NCBI GenBank assembly: GCA_963714095.1
Contig: OY970230.1
Span: 268,114-332,113, forward strand
Direction: 5' to 3'
Length of the DNA stretch: 64,000 bases
From: Candidatus Gottesmanbacteria bacterium
Lineage (GTDB): Bacteria; Patescibacteriota; Microgenomatia; UBA10105; UBA927
Positions within the stretch are counted from its first letter, which is position 1. Every line of letters starts with the position of its first letter. Shown here piece by piece: positions 18,221-28,329 of this stretch. Under the pieces are notes generated by a model. That model worked only from the letters and a program-made list of their open reading frames with translations, ran no database searches and was not told where the DNA came from. Both the position numbers and the translations under genes were made by a program.

Positions 18221-20475
18221 ATGTGCTTTTTTACTGTACTCAAGATAAGTATACCTAATCCTCCCACACTCAAAAGTATTCCCAAAAGCATTTCCTGCGG
18301 CTGATAGATAAATTGTACCGTATGTGTCCCCGCAGGGACACTGACAGCCTGAAAATCGTAATCAGCTCTGTACATAGGGGCAGCCACACCGTCTACTCTG
18401 GCCTGCCAGCCGGAATCATAAACGTCGGATAAAAAGAGCAATTTTGGAACACGTGATGTTGTTTGAACCGTAACATGTGTCTGTTCATAATCCCGTATAA
18501 CTGCGCTTCCGCTCCCCGTTTTCGGCTCAATACCGGGTTTTTGTTCCAAAACTACAGAATCGCGCCTGTTAAATCCAGCTGCAAATAACGCATTCAGAAT
18601 TCCCTGCTTTTCAGTTACAACAGTATAGGATGAAGCCAGAAATGCCCGCGGATATGCATCGGAATTTTCCCAAACTTCATACGCATCATCAGCGTACACT
18701 TTTGTGTACGAGGGATATTTCCAGAACGGATATGTCCAAATATTTCTTCCGTCTGACTTCCGATACAGAATATACCGAGATCCCAGCAATTCTAACATTT
18801 GTTCCGTATACTGTCCGTTTTTGTCCAAAAATACAACCGAGCGGTTAATCGGTTCCAACATCCCGTTTGAAGCGGCTGAAATGAACTCACCATAACGCGC
18901 CTGATATACGGCATCATAGCCTTCCATAAGCGGAATATGAAACTGCACGCCAACTTCTCCGCTCCCGATATTGCCAAAAACTCTGTCATTTCCAACAACG
19001 GACGTGAGGTAGGAAAGCGATTTTACCTCAGGATACACATACTGCCGCGGGTCAAACGGCATCCATTTGATGGCAAATCGGAATACGTCAACGGCAGTCA
19101 TCGCAAGAATTACGGTTACTATTCCAATCTTTAACCACTTGTTACGGACAAGTCCCAGAATAAACAACATCGCACCTCCTACTATAAGCGCACTGGGTAT
19201 TACCAAGTTGTGCTTCGCGATAACTAATTTATCGATGGGTAACGGCCGCACTAGAAATAGAACCAGCCACGTGAGTCCTAAAAGCCCCAGACATGTACAT
19301 GCGAAATAAATAATTTTTTTCTTCCCGTTGTGATTCCAATCCGTAATAAGTGCGTCAAAGCCGAATGCGGCAAGGGTTGCGAGCGAAAAACTAGTCAGAA
19401 GAATAATCCGCGATGCTGCACTTCCCGAGAGAACGGGAATTTGCAAAACATAGATCAAATCATTCAAAGGTGTCGGCAATGCAAATAATAAAGAAAGAAC
19501 GGCAAGTAGTACGAAAAACCAGCCTTCACGTAGTGTTTTTTTCGTCGTTGCATAAACAGAGAGCATAAGCGGGATGACCCCGACAAATCCTGCCCATTCT
19601 GCGTAGTGCCCGAACCAGTCATTTCTTGTAACTGGATTTCCGAAAAAATCAGGGGCTATGAAAGTCCAAAGATACTGCCAAGGTATAATCTCTCCTTTAA
19701 ATACGGCGCCTCCCCGCTCCGAAAGCGCAAAAGAATGCAGTCCTAAAAAAATTTGCGGTGCGGAAATAATTAAACCTGTCAGTACATACCAAAACGTACG
19801 CCACTGTTTTTCCCAAAAAATATACGCAAGAGCCGCACCAATCACATAAATACTGACCTGGAAATGACCGGACACAAGTGATAGTGCGACCCCGAGACTT
19901 ACCGCCCACCTGCGTTTTTTGAATATTCCCCAGAATATAAACGGCAAAAAGAGTGCAGCATACCCGAGCGTGCCATACGCCATCCATACAACCATAAATC
20001 CGCAAAACATAAATGCAATTGATGCAAGAAGTGACGCTTCCCTGGATCTGCCCAAACTCCTCACGAAGAGATACGTGAATAAGCCCGCAAGCAAAGGCTG
20101 GAGAAGAATCATGATGCTCCAGGCATCAATAAACGGAAAAACAAAAAATAAAAGGTTAAATGGCGAAAATACGGCGCTCTGATAATTTCCCGCCTGTGCG
20201 GTTCCGGAAAAACTATACGGATTCCACAGCGGGACCTGCCCCGATTTCCATGTATCTATTGTCAGCTTTTTCCACGGATAAATCTGTGTTATCACGTCCG
20301 GCATCGCGTTGTTTTTTACCGGCATGCCGTACTGGCTGCTCCACGGCGGAAAAAACGTGGCAAGGTACGTCGACGGAAACGGAACCAATCCTTTAAAAAA
20401 ATATGGGGCAGAAAAAATCAGCCACAATAATACTATGACAAATAGCGGCCAAAATTTTTGAAGAAATGATTTCAT
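18217..20475 (-). CDS. YfhO-family polytopic membrane protein (paralog)
   Basis: 752 aa. C-terminal motif: DSGWQARVDGVAAPMYRADYDFQAVSVPAGTHTVQFIYQP. Confidence 0.7.
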   Translation of the reverse strand: MKSFLQKFWPLFVIVLLWLIFSAPYFFKGLVPFPSTYLATFFPPWSSQYGMPVKNNAMPDVITQIYPWKKLTIDTWKSGQVPLWNPYSFSGTAQAGNYQSAVFSPFNLLFFVFPFIDAWSIMILLQPLLAGLFTYLFVRSLGRSREASLLASIAFMFCGFMVVWMAYGTLGYAALFLPFIFWGIFKKRRWAVSLGVALSLVSGHFQVSIYVIGAALAYIFWEKQWRTFWYVLTGLIISAPQIFLGLHSFALSERGGAVFKGEIIPWQYLWTFIAPDFFGNPVTRNDWFGHYAEWAGFVGVIPLMLSVYATTKKTLREGWFFVLLAVLSLLFALPTPLNDLIYVLQIPVLSGSAASRIILLTSFSLATLAAFGFDALITDWNHNGKKKIIYFACTCLGLLGLTWLVLFLVRPLPIDKLVIAKHNLVIPSALIVGGAMLFILGLVRNKWLKIGIVTVILAMTAVDVFRFAIKWMPFDPRQYVYPEVKSLSYLTSVVGNDRVFGNIGSGEVGVQFHIPLMEGYDAVYQARYGEFISAASNGMLEPINRSVVFLDKNGQYTEQMLELLGSRYILYRKSDGRNIWTYPFWKYPSYTKVYADDAYEVWENSDAYPRAFLASSYTVVTEKQGILNALFAAGFNRRDSVVLEQKPGIEPKTGSGSAVIRDYEQTHVTVQTTSRVPKLLFLSDVYDSGWQARVDGVAAPMYRADYDFQAVSVPAGTHTVQFIYQPQEMLLGILLSVGGLGILILSTVKKHI

Positions 20476-21221
20476 TTATTCTTTTTGTTTTGTTGCAGCT
20501 CCCATAATTTCGCATAGGTAACAAACATGCTAAAAGCCTGATAGATGCTTTCAATCAAGCCGACCGTACCTGCTTTCCATCCCTCTTGAGTAATAAACGA
20601 TCGCCAAAAACCGGTCATCATCACGCGGATGAACCTCCACCAGACAACCGGCGGATGGTGTGCATCAACCCGCAATTTTGCTTCCAAAATTGACCACTCG
20701 TTGGTTTTTGCAACCATTTCCTCAAGGGTCCGGTGTGTTCTGTGTACAAGAGGATTCGTAAGTGTTCCGACGGTACCGACATACAACGGAGTTTCATGTA
20801 ATGTCCCGTGCCATCCTTGCAGTGATCTTCGCAAAAATAACCGTTCAACTTTATCCTGATACGGCCAGTGGCGTCCTAAAAAATACGTATTGCGTTTGAT
20901 AAAATAGACGGATATAGTATTAGCACCGATAACGTGCTGTATTTCTTTTTGCAGTTTTTCACCAACCTCTTCGTCCGCATCGATGTACAAAACCCATGTC
21001 CCCGTGGCTTCCCGAAGACCTAACTCCCGTAAACCGGAAAAGTCTTTTTCTTTACTCTCTACAACTTTTGCTCCATGCTCTTTAGCTATCTCGACTGTTT
21101 TGTCTGTTGAACCATTATCGACAACTATAGTCTCATCTGCCCAAGAAAGATTGTCCAAACAGGCACCGATCCGTTCCTGTTCGTTTTTGGTAATGATGAT
21201 GGCACTGAGTGTTGGTTTCAT
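20472..21221 (-). CDS. family 2 glycosyltransferase
   Basis: 249 aa, starting LSAIIITKNEQERIGACLDNLSWADETIVVDNGSTDKT. DAD motif: YIDADEEV. Confidence 0.8.
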   Translation of the reverse strand: MKPTLSAIIITKNEQERIGACLDNLSWADETIVVDNGSTDKTVEIAKEHGAKVVESKEKDFSGLRELGLREATGTWVLYIDADEEVGEKLQKEIQHVIGANTISVYFIKRNTYFLGRHWPYQDKVERLFLRRSLQGWHGTLHETPLYVGTVGTLTNPLVHRTHRTLEEMVAKTNEWSILEAKLRVDAHHPPVVWWRFIRVMMTGFWRSFITQEGWKAGTVGLIESIYQAFSMFVTYAKLWELQQNKKNK

Positions 21222-22138
21222 TTTTTTATACTGAAACGGTTGCCGAATCTATTGCAGAATGCATCCAGTACCGCCTTCCGCTGTATCGGTGTTCCTGATA
21301 CCATAAAGCGCAGAGCTTCCCGAAAAAGTGCAAACCGTGTACGCTTTAAAGCATAGAGCCGCCCGATAAGTAAACGGTTACGGGTTATATAATATTGCTG
21401 AAGCGGATTTCCGGGACGTGAAGAGGATCCTGCATTCACATGCCAAAGGATTGAAGAAGGAACGTAACGGAGTGAAAATCCTGATTCCTTAGCCCGTAAA
21501 CAAAAATCCAAATCCTCCAGATATAGATAATACCGGTCATCAAGCATTCCGATACGGTCAAAGACGCTCTTGCGGATCATCATTGAACACCCTGTGACAA
21601 AAGACGTTCCTTCCTCCCTGTCATACTGACCATGATCCACCTCATCAACCCCGCGGTGCGATGCGTACATATTTCTCCAATCGATCAATCCCCCAGCGTA
21701 CCAAAATACGCGGCCTTGCTCATTCTCTTTATAGCGGGTGAGGTGAAATTCATGTCCAGGAGCAAAATATATTTTGCTCCCCGCAATACCGACTTTCGGA
21801 TCCCCGAAGGCTTTCAGGACGTTCAAGACATGTGTGTCGACAAATGTATCGTTATTGAGTAACCAGACGAAATCGGCCTGATGGCGGAGCGCGTAGGTAA
21901 TCCCGACATTATTTCCTCCGGTAAAACCGAGATTCCTGCCTGTAGGGAGCAGTGTCACCCATGGAAATTTTTTTCGTATGCTTGCGACTGAGTCATCTGC
22001 CGAACCGTTATCCACGACAATCACGTGAAGATTTACTCCGCACTTTTCTATTTTTTCAAGCGAAGACAGACATGCTTCTGTATCACTTTTGCGGTTCCAA
22101 TTGACGGTAATTACAAAAACTTCCGCTTTACTTTCCAT
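21218..22138 (-). CDS. family 2 glycosyltransferase (rhamnosyltransferase-like)
   Basis: 306 aa, with VITVNWNRKSDTEACLSSL...VVDNGSADDS and LNNDTFVD. Confidence 0.8.
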   Translation of the reverse strand: MESKAEVFVITVNWNRKSDTEACLSSLEKIEKCGVNLHVIVVDNGSADDSVASIRKKFPWVTLLPTGRNLGFTGGNNVGITYALRHQADFVWLLNNDTFVDTHVLNVLKAFGDPKVGIAGSKIYFAPGHEFHLTRYKENEQGRVFWYAGGLIDWRNMYASHRGVDEVDHGQYDREEGTSFVTGCSMMIRKSVFDRIGMLDDRYYLYLEDLDFCLRAKESGFSLRYVPSSILWHVNAGSSSRPGNPLQQYYITRNRLLIGRLYALKRTRFALFREALRFMVSGTPIQRKAVLDAFCNRFGNRFSIKK

Positions 22139-23010
22139 AGGATTTTATTAAAAAAATTATTTGTTTCCGCTATTTTTGTTGTATATATCCAGTATTTCAC
22201 ATCTTTCCCTCCCCTGGCCATCTCATTCATAACCGAATGAACAGCTACATCGCGCTCCGGAAATGTATGCATCTCCCAATATTTTGCAAATACCGTAAAC
22301 GAATAAAATGCCTGAAACAGCGCGAGAACTAAACCGTGAAGTCCGTCTTTATACCCGCTCTGAGCAAAATAGATTTTCAAAAAATCCGAAAGCGGAAACC
22401 GTATCGCATCGTACCACACCAACTGATGGTTCATATCTTTAAGCGAGAGCGCTTCGCTTGTAGATGCACGGTCAATTTTCGTCAGGTACTGATGAACCGT
22501 TTCGTAATTATAATGGAGGTATGGTGCCGCGAGTTCCCCTACAGCTCCACCTACCGAAATATATTCATGAATATGCAGGCAGGGAAATTTCCCTTTTCCC
22601 CTTTTAAACAACCGTATTTGCTTGTCGGGCCACCATAATCCGTGGGATACCCATTTTCCGAAAATAATATTTTTCCGTCTGATCCAAAAACCGTTCTCTT
22701 TGGGATTTGATTGAATAATTGTCCGAATTTCTGAAGCAAGTTCTTTTGGTATTTCCTCATCCGCATCCAAATTCAGAATCCAGTCAGAGGTCGCTTTTTC
22801 AAACCCGTAATTTTTATTCGTATTCAGCATCAGGATATTTTTTTGCGAGTAAATCCTCTTTGTAAACTTTTTGGCAATACCCACGGTGTTATCCTGCGAC
22901 TCATTATCAACAACGATAATTTCGTCCGAAAACGATACAGAAGAAAGACAACGCTCAAGCGTTTTTTCCTCGTTAAACGCTGATACAACTACGGAAATCG
23001 TTTGTTTCAT
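22111..23010 (-). CDS. family 2 glycosyltransferase
   Basis: The ORF is trimmed to MKQTISVVVSAFNEEKTLERC (ATG at 23010). Motifs: VVDNESQDNT and LDADEEIP. Confidence 0.75.
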   Translation of the reverse strand: MKQTISVVVSAFNEEKTLERCLSSVSFSDEIIVVDNESQDNTVGIAKKFTKRIYSQKNILMLNTNKNYGFEKATSDWILNLDADEEIPKELASEIRTIIQSNPKENGFWIRRKNIIFGKWVSHGLWWPDKQIRLFKRGKGKFPCLHIHEYISVGGAVGELAAPYLHYNYETVHQYLTKIDRASTSEALSLKDMNHQLVWYDAIRFPLSDFLKIYFAQSGYKDGLHGLVLALFQAFYSFTVFAKYWEMHTFPERDVAVHSVMNEMARGGKDVKYWIYTTKIAETNNFFNKILWKVKRKFL

Positions 23011-23014
23011 ATTG

Positions 23015-24469
23015 TTATGATCGGAAACCGCGGATAGTATCCATAATGCGCTGCTTTTCCCATGCCCACACAATTCCTGCATACAGTATAACACCGCTTC
23101 CCGCAACTAGAACGAGCCACGGAAGCTTCTCCGGAGTAAAATGCAATAACCCTGCATACCAACCTCCCTGGATAACAGCAGCCGCCAGCGGTACGATAAT
23201 GCTCGGGAAAAAGGAAAACTGTACCTGATGCTTTACCAGCATAACGACAACGACAATAGTTGCAGATACGCTCAAGAGTGCAATCGGTACTCCATTAAAT
23301 CCAAAAAAATGGATGAATGTCAGGACTAAAATCCAAGTCAGTACGGTCCACACAATCATAAGAATCAACGTTATTTTTATCTTACCGATCGCATTGAGGG
23401 CATTAGTTAACGGCGTCGAGAGACCGGCAAAAATAGAACTAAACGTAAACAAATAAAACGCCAGGATTGCCGGCTCCCACTTCGCGTATTTCGGAATAAT
23501 AACCATCAGCGGCTGGACAAAGAAAAGAAGACCGACGTAAATAGGAAACATCGTAAGTGAAAGACCGAACAGTGTTTTTTCGATTGCAGCCGCAAGATGT
23601 TGTTTCGTCTCCTGCAGACGTGAAAATGCCGGAAACGTAACCTGAATGACGCTGTCCATGATCAGACGAAGCGGCACTTCAGCCCATTTTTTCGCCCAAC
23701 CGATGTATCCGATATCTGCAAACGGAAGTACTTTGCCTAAAAATACCGTCAAAAGATCATCCTTAAGAAGTGCAATAAATGAATTGAGCTGAAACGGAAC
23801 ACCAAACCGCATAAGCCGTTTTGCAATATCCTTGGAAAAATGGAGGGATATTTTCCATGGACAAATTATATATGTCACCACCAACCCGATAACGGCACGC
23901 ACAACAACTGCCCAGGTAAAACTTACTATACCGAATCCCCGCCAAGCTAAAATAACGGCAACAATATAAAAACCCAAAGTCTGAAGTATCTGCGGAATGA
24001 CCAATTTATTAAACTCCAGCCTACGTTCCATTAATATCGAGGGAATGGTGGCCAGTGAGGATAAGAACAAAGAAAGAATAAGGGCGCGCAAGAGCCAAAG
24101 ACCGGCTATATCGAGATGATAGAAATTACTTATCTGTTGGGAAAAACCAAGCCCAAGAAGAACAACGGTTCCGACAAGAATTTGTTGAATGGTGAATGTG
24201 GTACTCAAATCGTCATGCGTTAACTCTTCCTTTTTCTGAATCAGTGCCGCGGCAAGACCGACATCGGAAAAATATCCCAAAAAATTAATGATTGCAGATA
24301 CCACATAAAAAACACCGAAAATCTGCGGACTCAAAAAAATGGTCAGTAAAAATGTCGCCGCGAATGCAATAACCTGCAGAAAAAACGTTTGAGACGTCAG
24401 AGCCAGCACCCCTTTTAACGACCGTTTTTTTATAAGTGCAATATCTATTTCTTCCATATGTGCTTCCAC
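23015..24469 (-). CDS. MOP-superfamily polysaccharide/oligosaccharide flippase (Wzx-like)
   Basis: 484 aa with about 12-14 TM helices and the overall architecture of polysaccharide-biosynthesis flippases. Assignment is by topology and general similarity only. Confidence 0.6.
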   Translation of the reverse strand: MEAHMEEIDIALIKKRSLKGVLALTSQTFFLQVIAFAATFLLTIFLSPQIFGVFYVVSAIINFLGYFSDVGLAAALIQKKEELTHDDLSTTFTIQQILVGTVVLLGLGFSQQISNFYHLDIAGLWLLRALILSLFLSSLATIPSILMERRLEFNKLVIPQILQTLGFYIVAVILAWRGFGIVSFTWAVVVRAVIGLVVTYIICPWKISLHFSKDIAKRLMRFGVPFQLNSFIALLKDDLLTVFLGKVLPFADIGYIGWAKKWAEVPLRLIMDSVIQVTFPAFSRLQETKQHLAAAIEKTLFGLSLTMFPIYVGLLFFVQPLMVIIPKYAKWEPAILAFYLFTFSSIFAGLSTPLTNALNAIGKIKITLILMIVWTVLTWILVLTFIHFFGFNGVPIALLSVSATIVVVVMLVKHQVQFSFFPSIIVPLAAAVIQGGWYAGLLHFTPEKLPWLVLVAGSGVILYAGIVWAWEKQRIMDTIRGFRS

Positions 24470-25188
24470 GGACGCTCTTTAAAAATCCTCCAAAGTCCGG
24501 CAAGATCTCCCTGGGCAGTTTTCATAACGCGTACGGTTGACCCAGGATTATCGATCCATGTCACTGGCTCTTCATAAATTCTATATCCCATTTTTTCCGC
24601 AGTAACCAGAAGTTCCGTGTCGAAAAACCATTCATTGTCTTTAATGTGTGGAATCAGATCGTTAACCACACGTCGCGTGACGGCCTTAAATCCGCACTGC
24701 GCGTCACTGAAATGCACCCAAAAGAAAAGTTTAATCAGTAAAATATATACTTTTGACGTCATATTCCGAAGATTGCTTCTGCCGTATACGCGCGCGCCGT
24801 TGGCGTTTCTTGTCCCGATTGCTATGTCGTATCCACGGGTGAGCGATTGCACCAGCGGCGGCACATGCCTGAGGTCTGTTGAGAGGTCAACGTCCATATA
24901 CGCTTCGATGTCAGCGCTGTCTCTCGTCCAAACATGTTTTACTGCTCTACCGCGTCCTTTTTGCACAAGATGAACGGTCGAAACTTCCGGAAACTTTTTG
25001 CTCAGACGCTTCGCGATCGCAAGAGTTTTGTCCTTCGATGCGTTATCCGCAATCGTAATACGCCATGTAAAATCCGTAAGATTCATCCGCAGATATTCTT
25101 TCAGGGTCCCAATGCTTTGGGCGAGCTCCCTCTCTTCGTTATACACCGGAATAACGATATTAACTGATGGCTTTTTTTCGTTTGTCAT
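24445..25188 (-). CDS. family 2 glycosyltransferase, polyprenol-phosphate sugar synthase-like (DPM/GtrB-like)
   Basis: 247 aa. Motifs: SVNIVIPVYNEERELAQSI, ITIADNASKDKT and YMDVDLSTD. Confidence 0.75.
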   Translation of the reverse strand: MTNEKKPSVNIVIPVYNEERELAQSIGTLKEYLRMNLTDFTWRITIADNASKDKTLAIAKRLSKKFPEVSTVHLVQKGRGRAVKHVWTRDSADIEAYMDVDLSTDLRHVPPLVQSLTRGYDIAIGTRNANGARVYGRSNLRNMTSKVYILLIKLFFWVHFSDAQCGFKAVTRRVVNDLIPHIKDNEWFFDTELLVTAEKMGYRIYEEPVTWIDNPGSTVRVMKTAQGDLAGLWRIFKERPWKHIWKK

Positions 25189-26803
25189 ATATATAAAAAC
25201 ATACTCCGAGGGATAATAAACTTATTATGTTGCCGATTGTCCGCGCTGGCGTATCACGAAACTGCATCTGAACCACACTGGCCCATTGCGGAATAGTAAT
25301 AACCGGAAGACCGTTCTTAATTTGCGGCTTTGTATCCGTCACGTTGACAATGTAATGCCATCCAGGAAAATATGCGGTGTTTATTTTCACCGTGGTCGGC
25401 TCCTGGGCTTGAAACGCAATTTTGACGTATGTATCTGAAATCTGCTGAATATCGCTGGTATAGAGATTAGATTTCGGAATTATATCTTGGACTACGTCCT
25501 GTGGTGTTTTCGGCCTGGGCACTGCCGGCGGCAGATACTCGTCCGATATTTTAGATACCCTGAAACGGATATCTTCCGCCGTCTCAAAAGCAGCTGCAGG
25601 CCTGCTATACGTATATTGCGGAACAAACCACTTGGCCTCAACAAACAACACCAGTGCGACGCAAAAAGCTGTTATTCCGAAACGGAGTGCGGTGGGACGG
25701 AAGAAAGAAACGATCTGACTCACAACGAGTGAAATACCGAATATGGCAAACGCTAAGAATCGCCATGGGTATTGAACGTACGCAAACAACGGTAGAATAT
25801 CCCACACGGGTTTGGATATACTCAGCATAAAAAATACGGAAACCACAAAAATAATACTACCAACGGCGACCAATATTTTTACCCGCCGTTCACGAATGAA
25901 ACCAACTGCTACGCCGATAATAACAACAAGCCCGAGGAGCAAATGTACTTTCCCTACTTTAAATGACATGCCGTCAATGCAGCCGGGTGCAGATCCGCCA
26001 AATCCCCACTGCGAATTCCATAATTGGCTTAGACAAACAAAATGATTCTGAAAGTCCGCGCTGTTGCCGATGATACTTGCCACACTGGTATATTTCATTT
26101 CCAGCAGTGCAGGTAACCAGAAAAATGCGGAAAGTCCGAGCCCCAAAAGAACAACTGCCCATATTTTTTTCCATTGAGGATTGTTTATACTCAACACTAC
26201 CGCTGCAAGCGCTTCAAAAAACATCCCGACATACCCTAAAATCGTATGGGACACAATAAGTCCCGCAGTCCCTGCTGCAGCAAGAAGAATTCCTCCAACG
26301 GCACTTTTGCGCGTACAAATCCGCCAAAAACCCCACAAAATGAGCGGTAAAAATATAAGCGCGTAATATTCCCCGACGGCACCCCGCACATACGCGTCCA
26401 CGGCATGATACGGGGCAAACATATAAAATACAGAGGCGAGTATGCCCGCTGAAACACCCGCAATATCCGCTATAACCGCGTACATAGTGACACCGGCCAG
26501 TACCAACCCTGCCCCCATCATAATTTTGGTCGCTGTAAGACCTGTGAGCCCCAGCGCGTATAAAACGCCGCCTACGTAATACGGTAAAGGTCCGTAAAAG
26601 TTAAAAATCGGATAGCCGTATCCGTAGCCCAAATCCGAAACCCACCGGACAGGAAATTGTCCCTGTCGAAGTGCCCTTCCCATCTCCACCACACGGGCAA
26701 CCTGCGTATCATCGTGCATGGGAAAATACCCTGAAATACACAGGGAACGTATCATCAAAAAAGAACAGGCAAGTACGATAATCCAGCCGACAATTTTTTT
26801 CAT
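25160..26803 (-). CDS. short YfhO-like GT-C membrane protein (YGYGYP-motif subfamily)
   Basis: 547 aa. N-terminal loop: HDDTQVARVVEMGRALRQGQFPVRWVSDLGYGYGYPIFNFYGPLPYY. C-terminal YFPGW...domain. It is a tandem paralog of the next gene. Confidence 0.55.
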   Translation of the reverse strand: MKKIVGWIIVLACSFLMIRSLCISGYFPMHDDTQVARVVEMGRALRQGQFPVRWVSDLGYGYGYPIFNFYGPLPYYVGGVLYALGLTGLTATKIMMGAGLVLAGVTMYAVIADIAGVSAGILASVFYMFAPYHAVDAYVRGAVGEYYALIFLPLILWGFWRICTRKSAVGGILLAAAGTAGLIVSHTILGYVGMFFEALAAVVLSINNPQWKKIWAVVLLGLGLSAFFWLPALLEMKYTSVASIIGNSADFQNHFVCLSQLWNSQWGFGGSAPGCIDGMSFKVGKVHLLLGLVVIIGVAVGFIRERRVKILVAVGSIIFVVSVFFMLSISKPVWDILPLFAYVQYPWRFLAFAIFGISLVVSQIVSFFRPTALRFGITAFCVALVLFVEAKWFVPQYTYSRPAAAFETAEDIRFRVSKISDEYLPPAVPRPKTPQDVVQDIIPKSNLYTSDIQQISDTYVKIAFQAQEPTTVKINTAYFPGWHYIVNVTDTKPQIKNGLPVITIPQWASVVQMQFRDTPARTIGNIISLLSLGVCFYIYDKRKKAIS

Positions 26804-28329
26804 GAACGACGCCTCTTGATAATTACCGCTATACCATACCAGATCAGAAATCCTAATGAAATATTATCCGCCAAGAATCTGGAAATAGTCTCCCGAAATC
26901 CTGCAACCAACCGGTGGGTTCCCTGCGGCACAGGAACACGGATAAGACCCTGAGGATTTTTATAATCAATAAGCGCTGGGGAATCGTCCACAGTGACCCC
27001 CCAACCGGGATAATACACCGTATTTATTTGTACAATGCTGTTTTCGTCCGCGTGAACAATGACATCAATAGACTGTGTGGATACTTTTCTGAATTCAAAC
27101 GTGCCGGCGCCGTCATAAAAAATAAGTCTTTGGTATGCGTGTTGGGTAGGAAGCTGACTGACCCATATGGGCATATATTCGTTCTGTACTGTAGTTGTTG
27201 CCTCATTCGTAGTGTAATACCCTTCGGGCAGGTCAGTATACTGAATCTTCTGCAGCGACGACACAACTGACCATACTCCTAATCCTGCAAACACCAGTAT
27301 CAGCAAAAACCGAACGATGGAATGCTGATTCTCCAACACATACGCGATGAGCCAACACCCGATAAAAATAGTGACGGATAAAAATCGGTACGGAAATTGA
27401 ATAATATGTACCAACAGACTAGACCGCCAAATGAAAGCGCTAACCGGCAAGACCATAAAAAGAGTGATGAGAAATAAAACAAGAAAAAACGATTTTTCCC
27501 TCTTCAGGTGTTTCCCTGTGAATAATGCGACGGCAGCAGCAATAATTGTTGAAAATCCCAACAACATCATGTTAGATTCGCCAATAAAATACGAAGCGGG
27601 ATCGGCAACCTGTACCGAGTCAAATACGACGTATTTGCGCTCATACAGCGCCGGAAACCAAAAAAACATCACCATGCCGATCCCTAAGAAAAACATGAGC
27701 CAAAAATCGCTCCAGCGCCCGAGTACAGTAATATACAAAACATAAAATCCCAAGAATAACACCGCCAGCGTATTATGACTCACAATAATCAACGATACGG
27801 CAAGGGCCAACAACCATGGTTTTTTTGCTGCAATCGAATACAATCCCATAGCAGCCCATGCAAGCGCCAGCACCTCTCCGACTGACCCTCGGGAATACAT
27901 ATCAAAGAGAAGATATGGAGCACTTACAAAACACAGTGCGCCAACCATACTGACAAGCATCCTGAAATATCGCTTCAACCATAAAAAAGTAAACAGAACG
28001 CCGATAAGAACGGAACCCGCCATAATAATCTTGACACTGGCAACAAATGGAAACCCGGCAATATGAATGAGCGATCCGAGATACAAATAACCCGGATACA
28101 GAAAATTGGCGACAGGATACCCGTACCCGTAATTTAATCTTCCCAAGAAGCGGACGGGAAATTGTCCTTCACGCAAGCTCTGAAAGAAAGCGCTGAGGCG
28201 TATGATCATCCATCCGCCATCATCCGATACAAAAAATCCCTGTCGCATGAGAGGAAAAAATACTGCAAACGCACCCGCCAAAAGTACGAGAAGAAACACA
28301 ACAAAAAGGATACTATGATTCCGTTTCAT
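26800..28329 (-). CDS. short YfhO-like GT-C membrane protein (YGYGYP-motif subfamily, paralog)
   Basis: The ORF is trimmed to MKRNHSILFVVFLLVLLAG (ATG at 28329). Motifs: SDDGGWMIIRLSAFFQSLREGQFPVRFLGRLNYGYGYPVANFLYPGYLY and a C-terminal YYPGWGVTVDD. There are ATGA overlaps at both ends. Confidence 0.55.
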   Translation of the reverse strand: MKRNHSILFVVFLLVLLAGAFAVFFPLMRQGFFVSDDGGWMIIRLSAFFQSLREGQFPVRFLGRLNYGYGYPVANFLYPGYLYLGSLIHIAGFPFVASVKIIMAGSVLIGVLFTFLWLKRYFRMLVSMVGALCFVSAPYLLFDMYSRGSVGEVLALAWAAMGLYSIAAKKPWLLALAVSLIIVSHNTLAVLFLGFYVLYITVLGRWSDFWLMFFLGIGMVMFFWFPALYERKYVVFDSVQVADPASYFIGESNMMLLGFSTIIAAAVALFTGKHLKREKSFFLVLFLITLFMVLPVSAFIWRSSLLVHIIQFPYRFLSVTIFIGCWLIAYVLENQHSIVRFLLILVFAGLGVWSVVSSLQKIQYTDLPEGYYTTNEATTTVQNEYMPIWVSQLPTQHAYQRLIFYDGAGTFEFRKVSTQSIDVIVHADENSIVQINTVYYPGWGVTVDDSPALIDYKNPQGLIRVPVPQGTHRLVAGFRETISRFLADNISLGFLIWYGIAVIIKRRRS

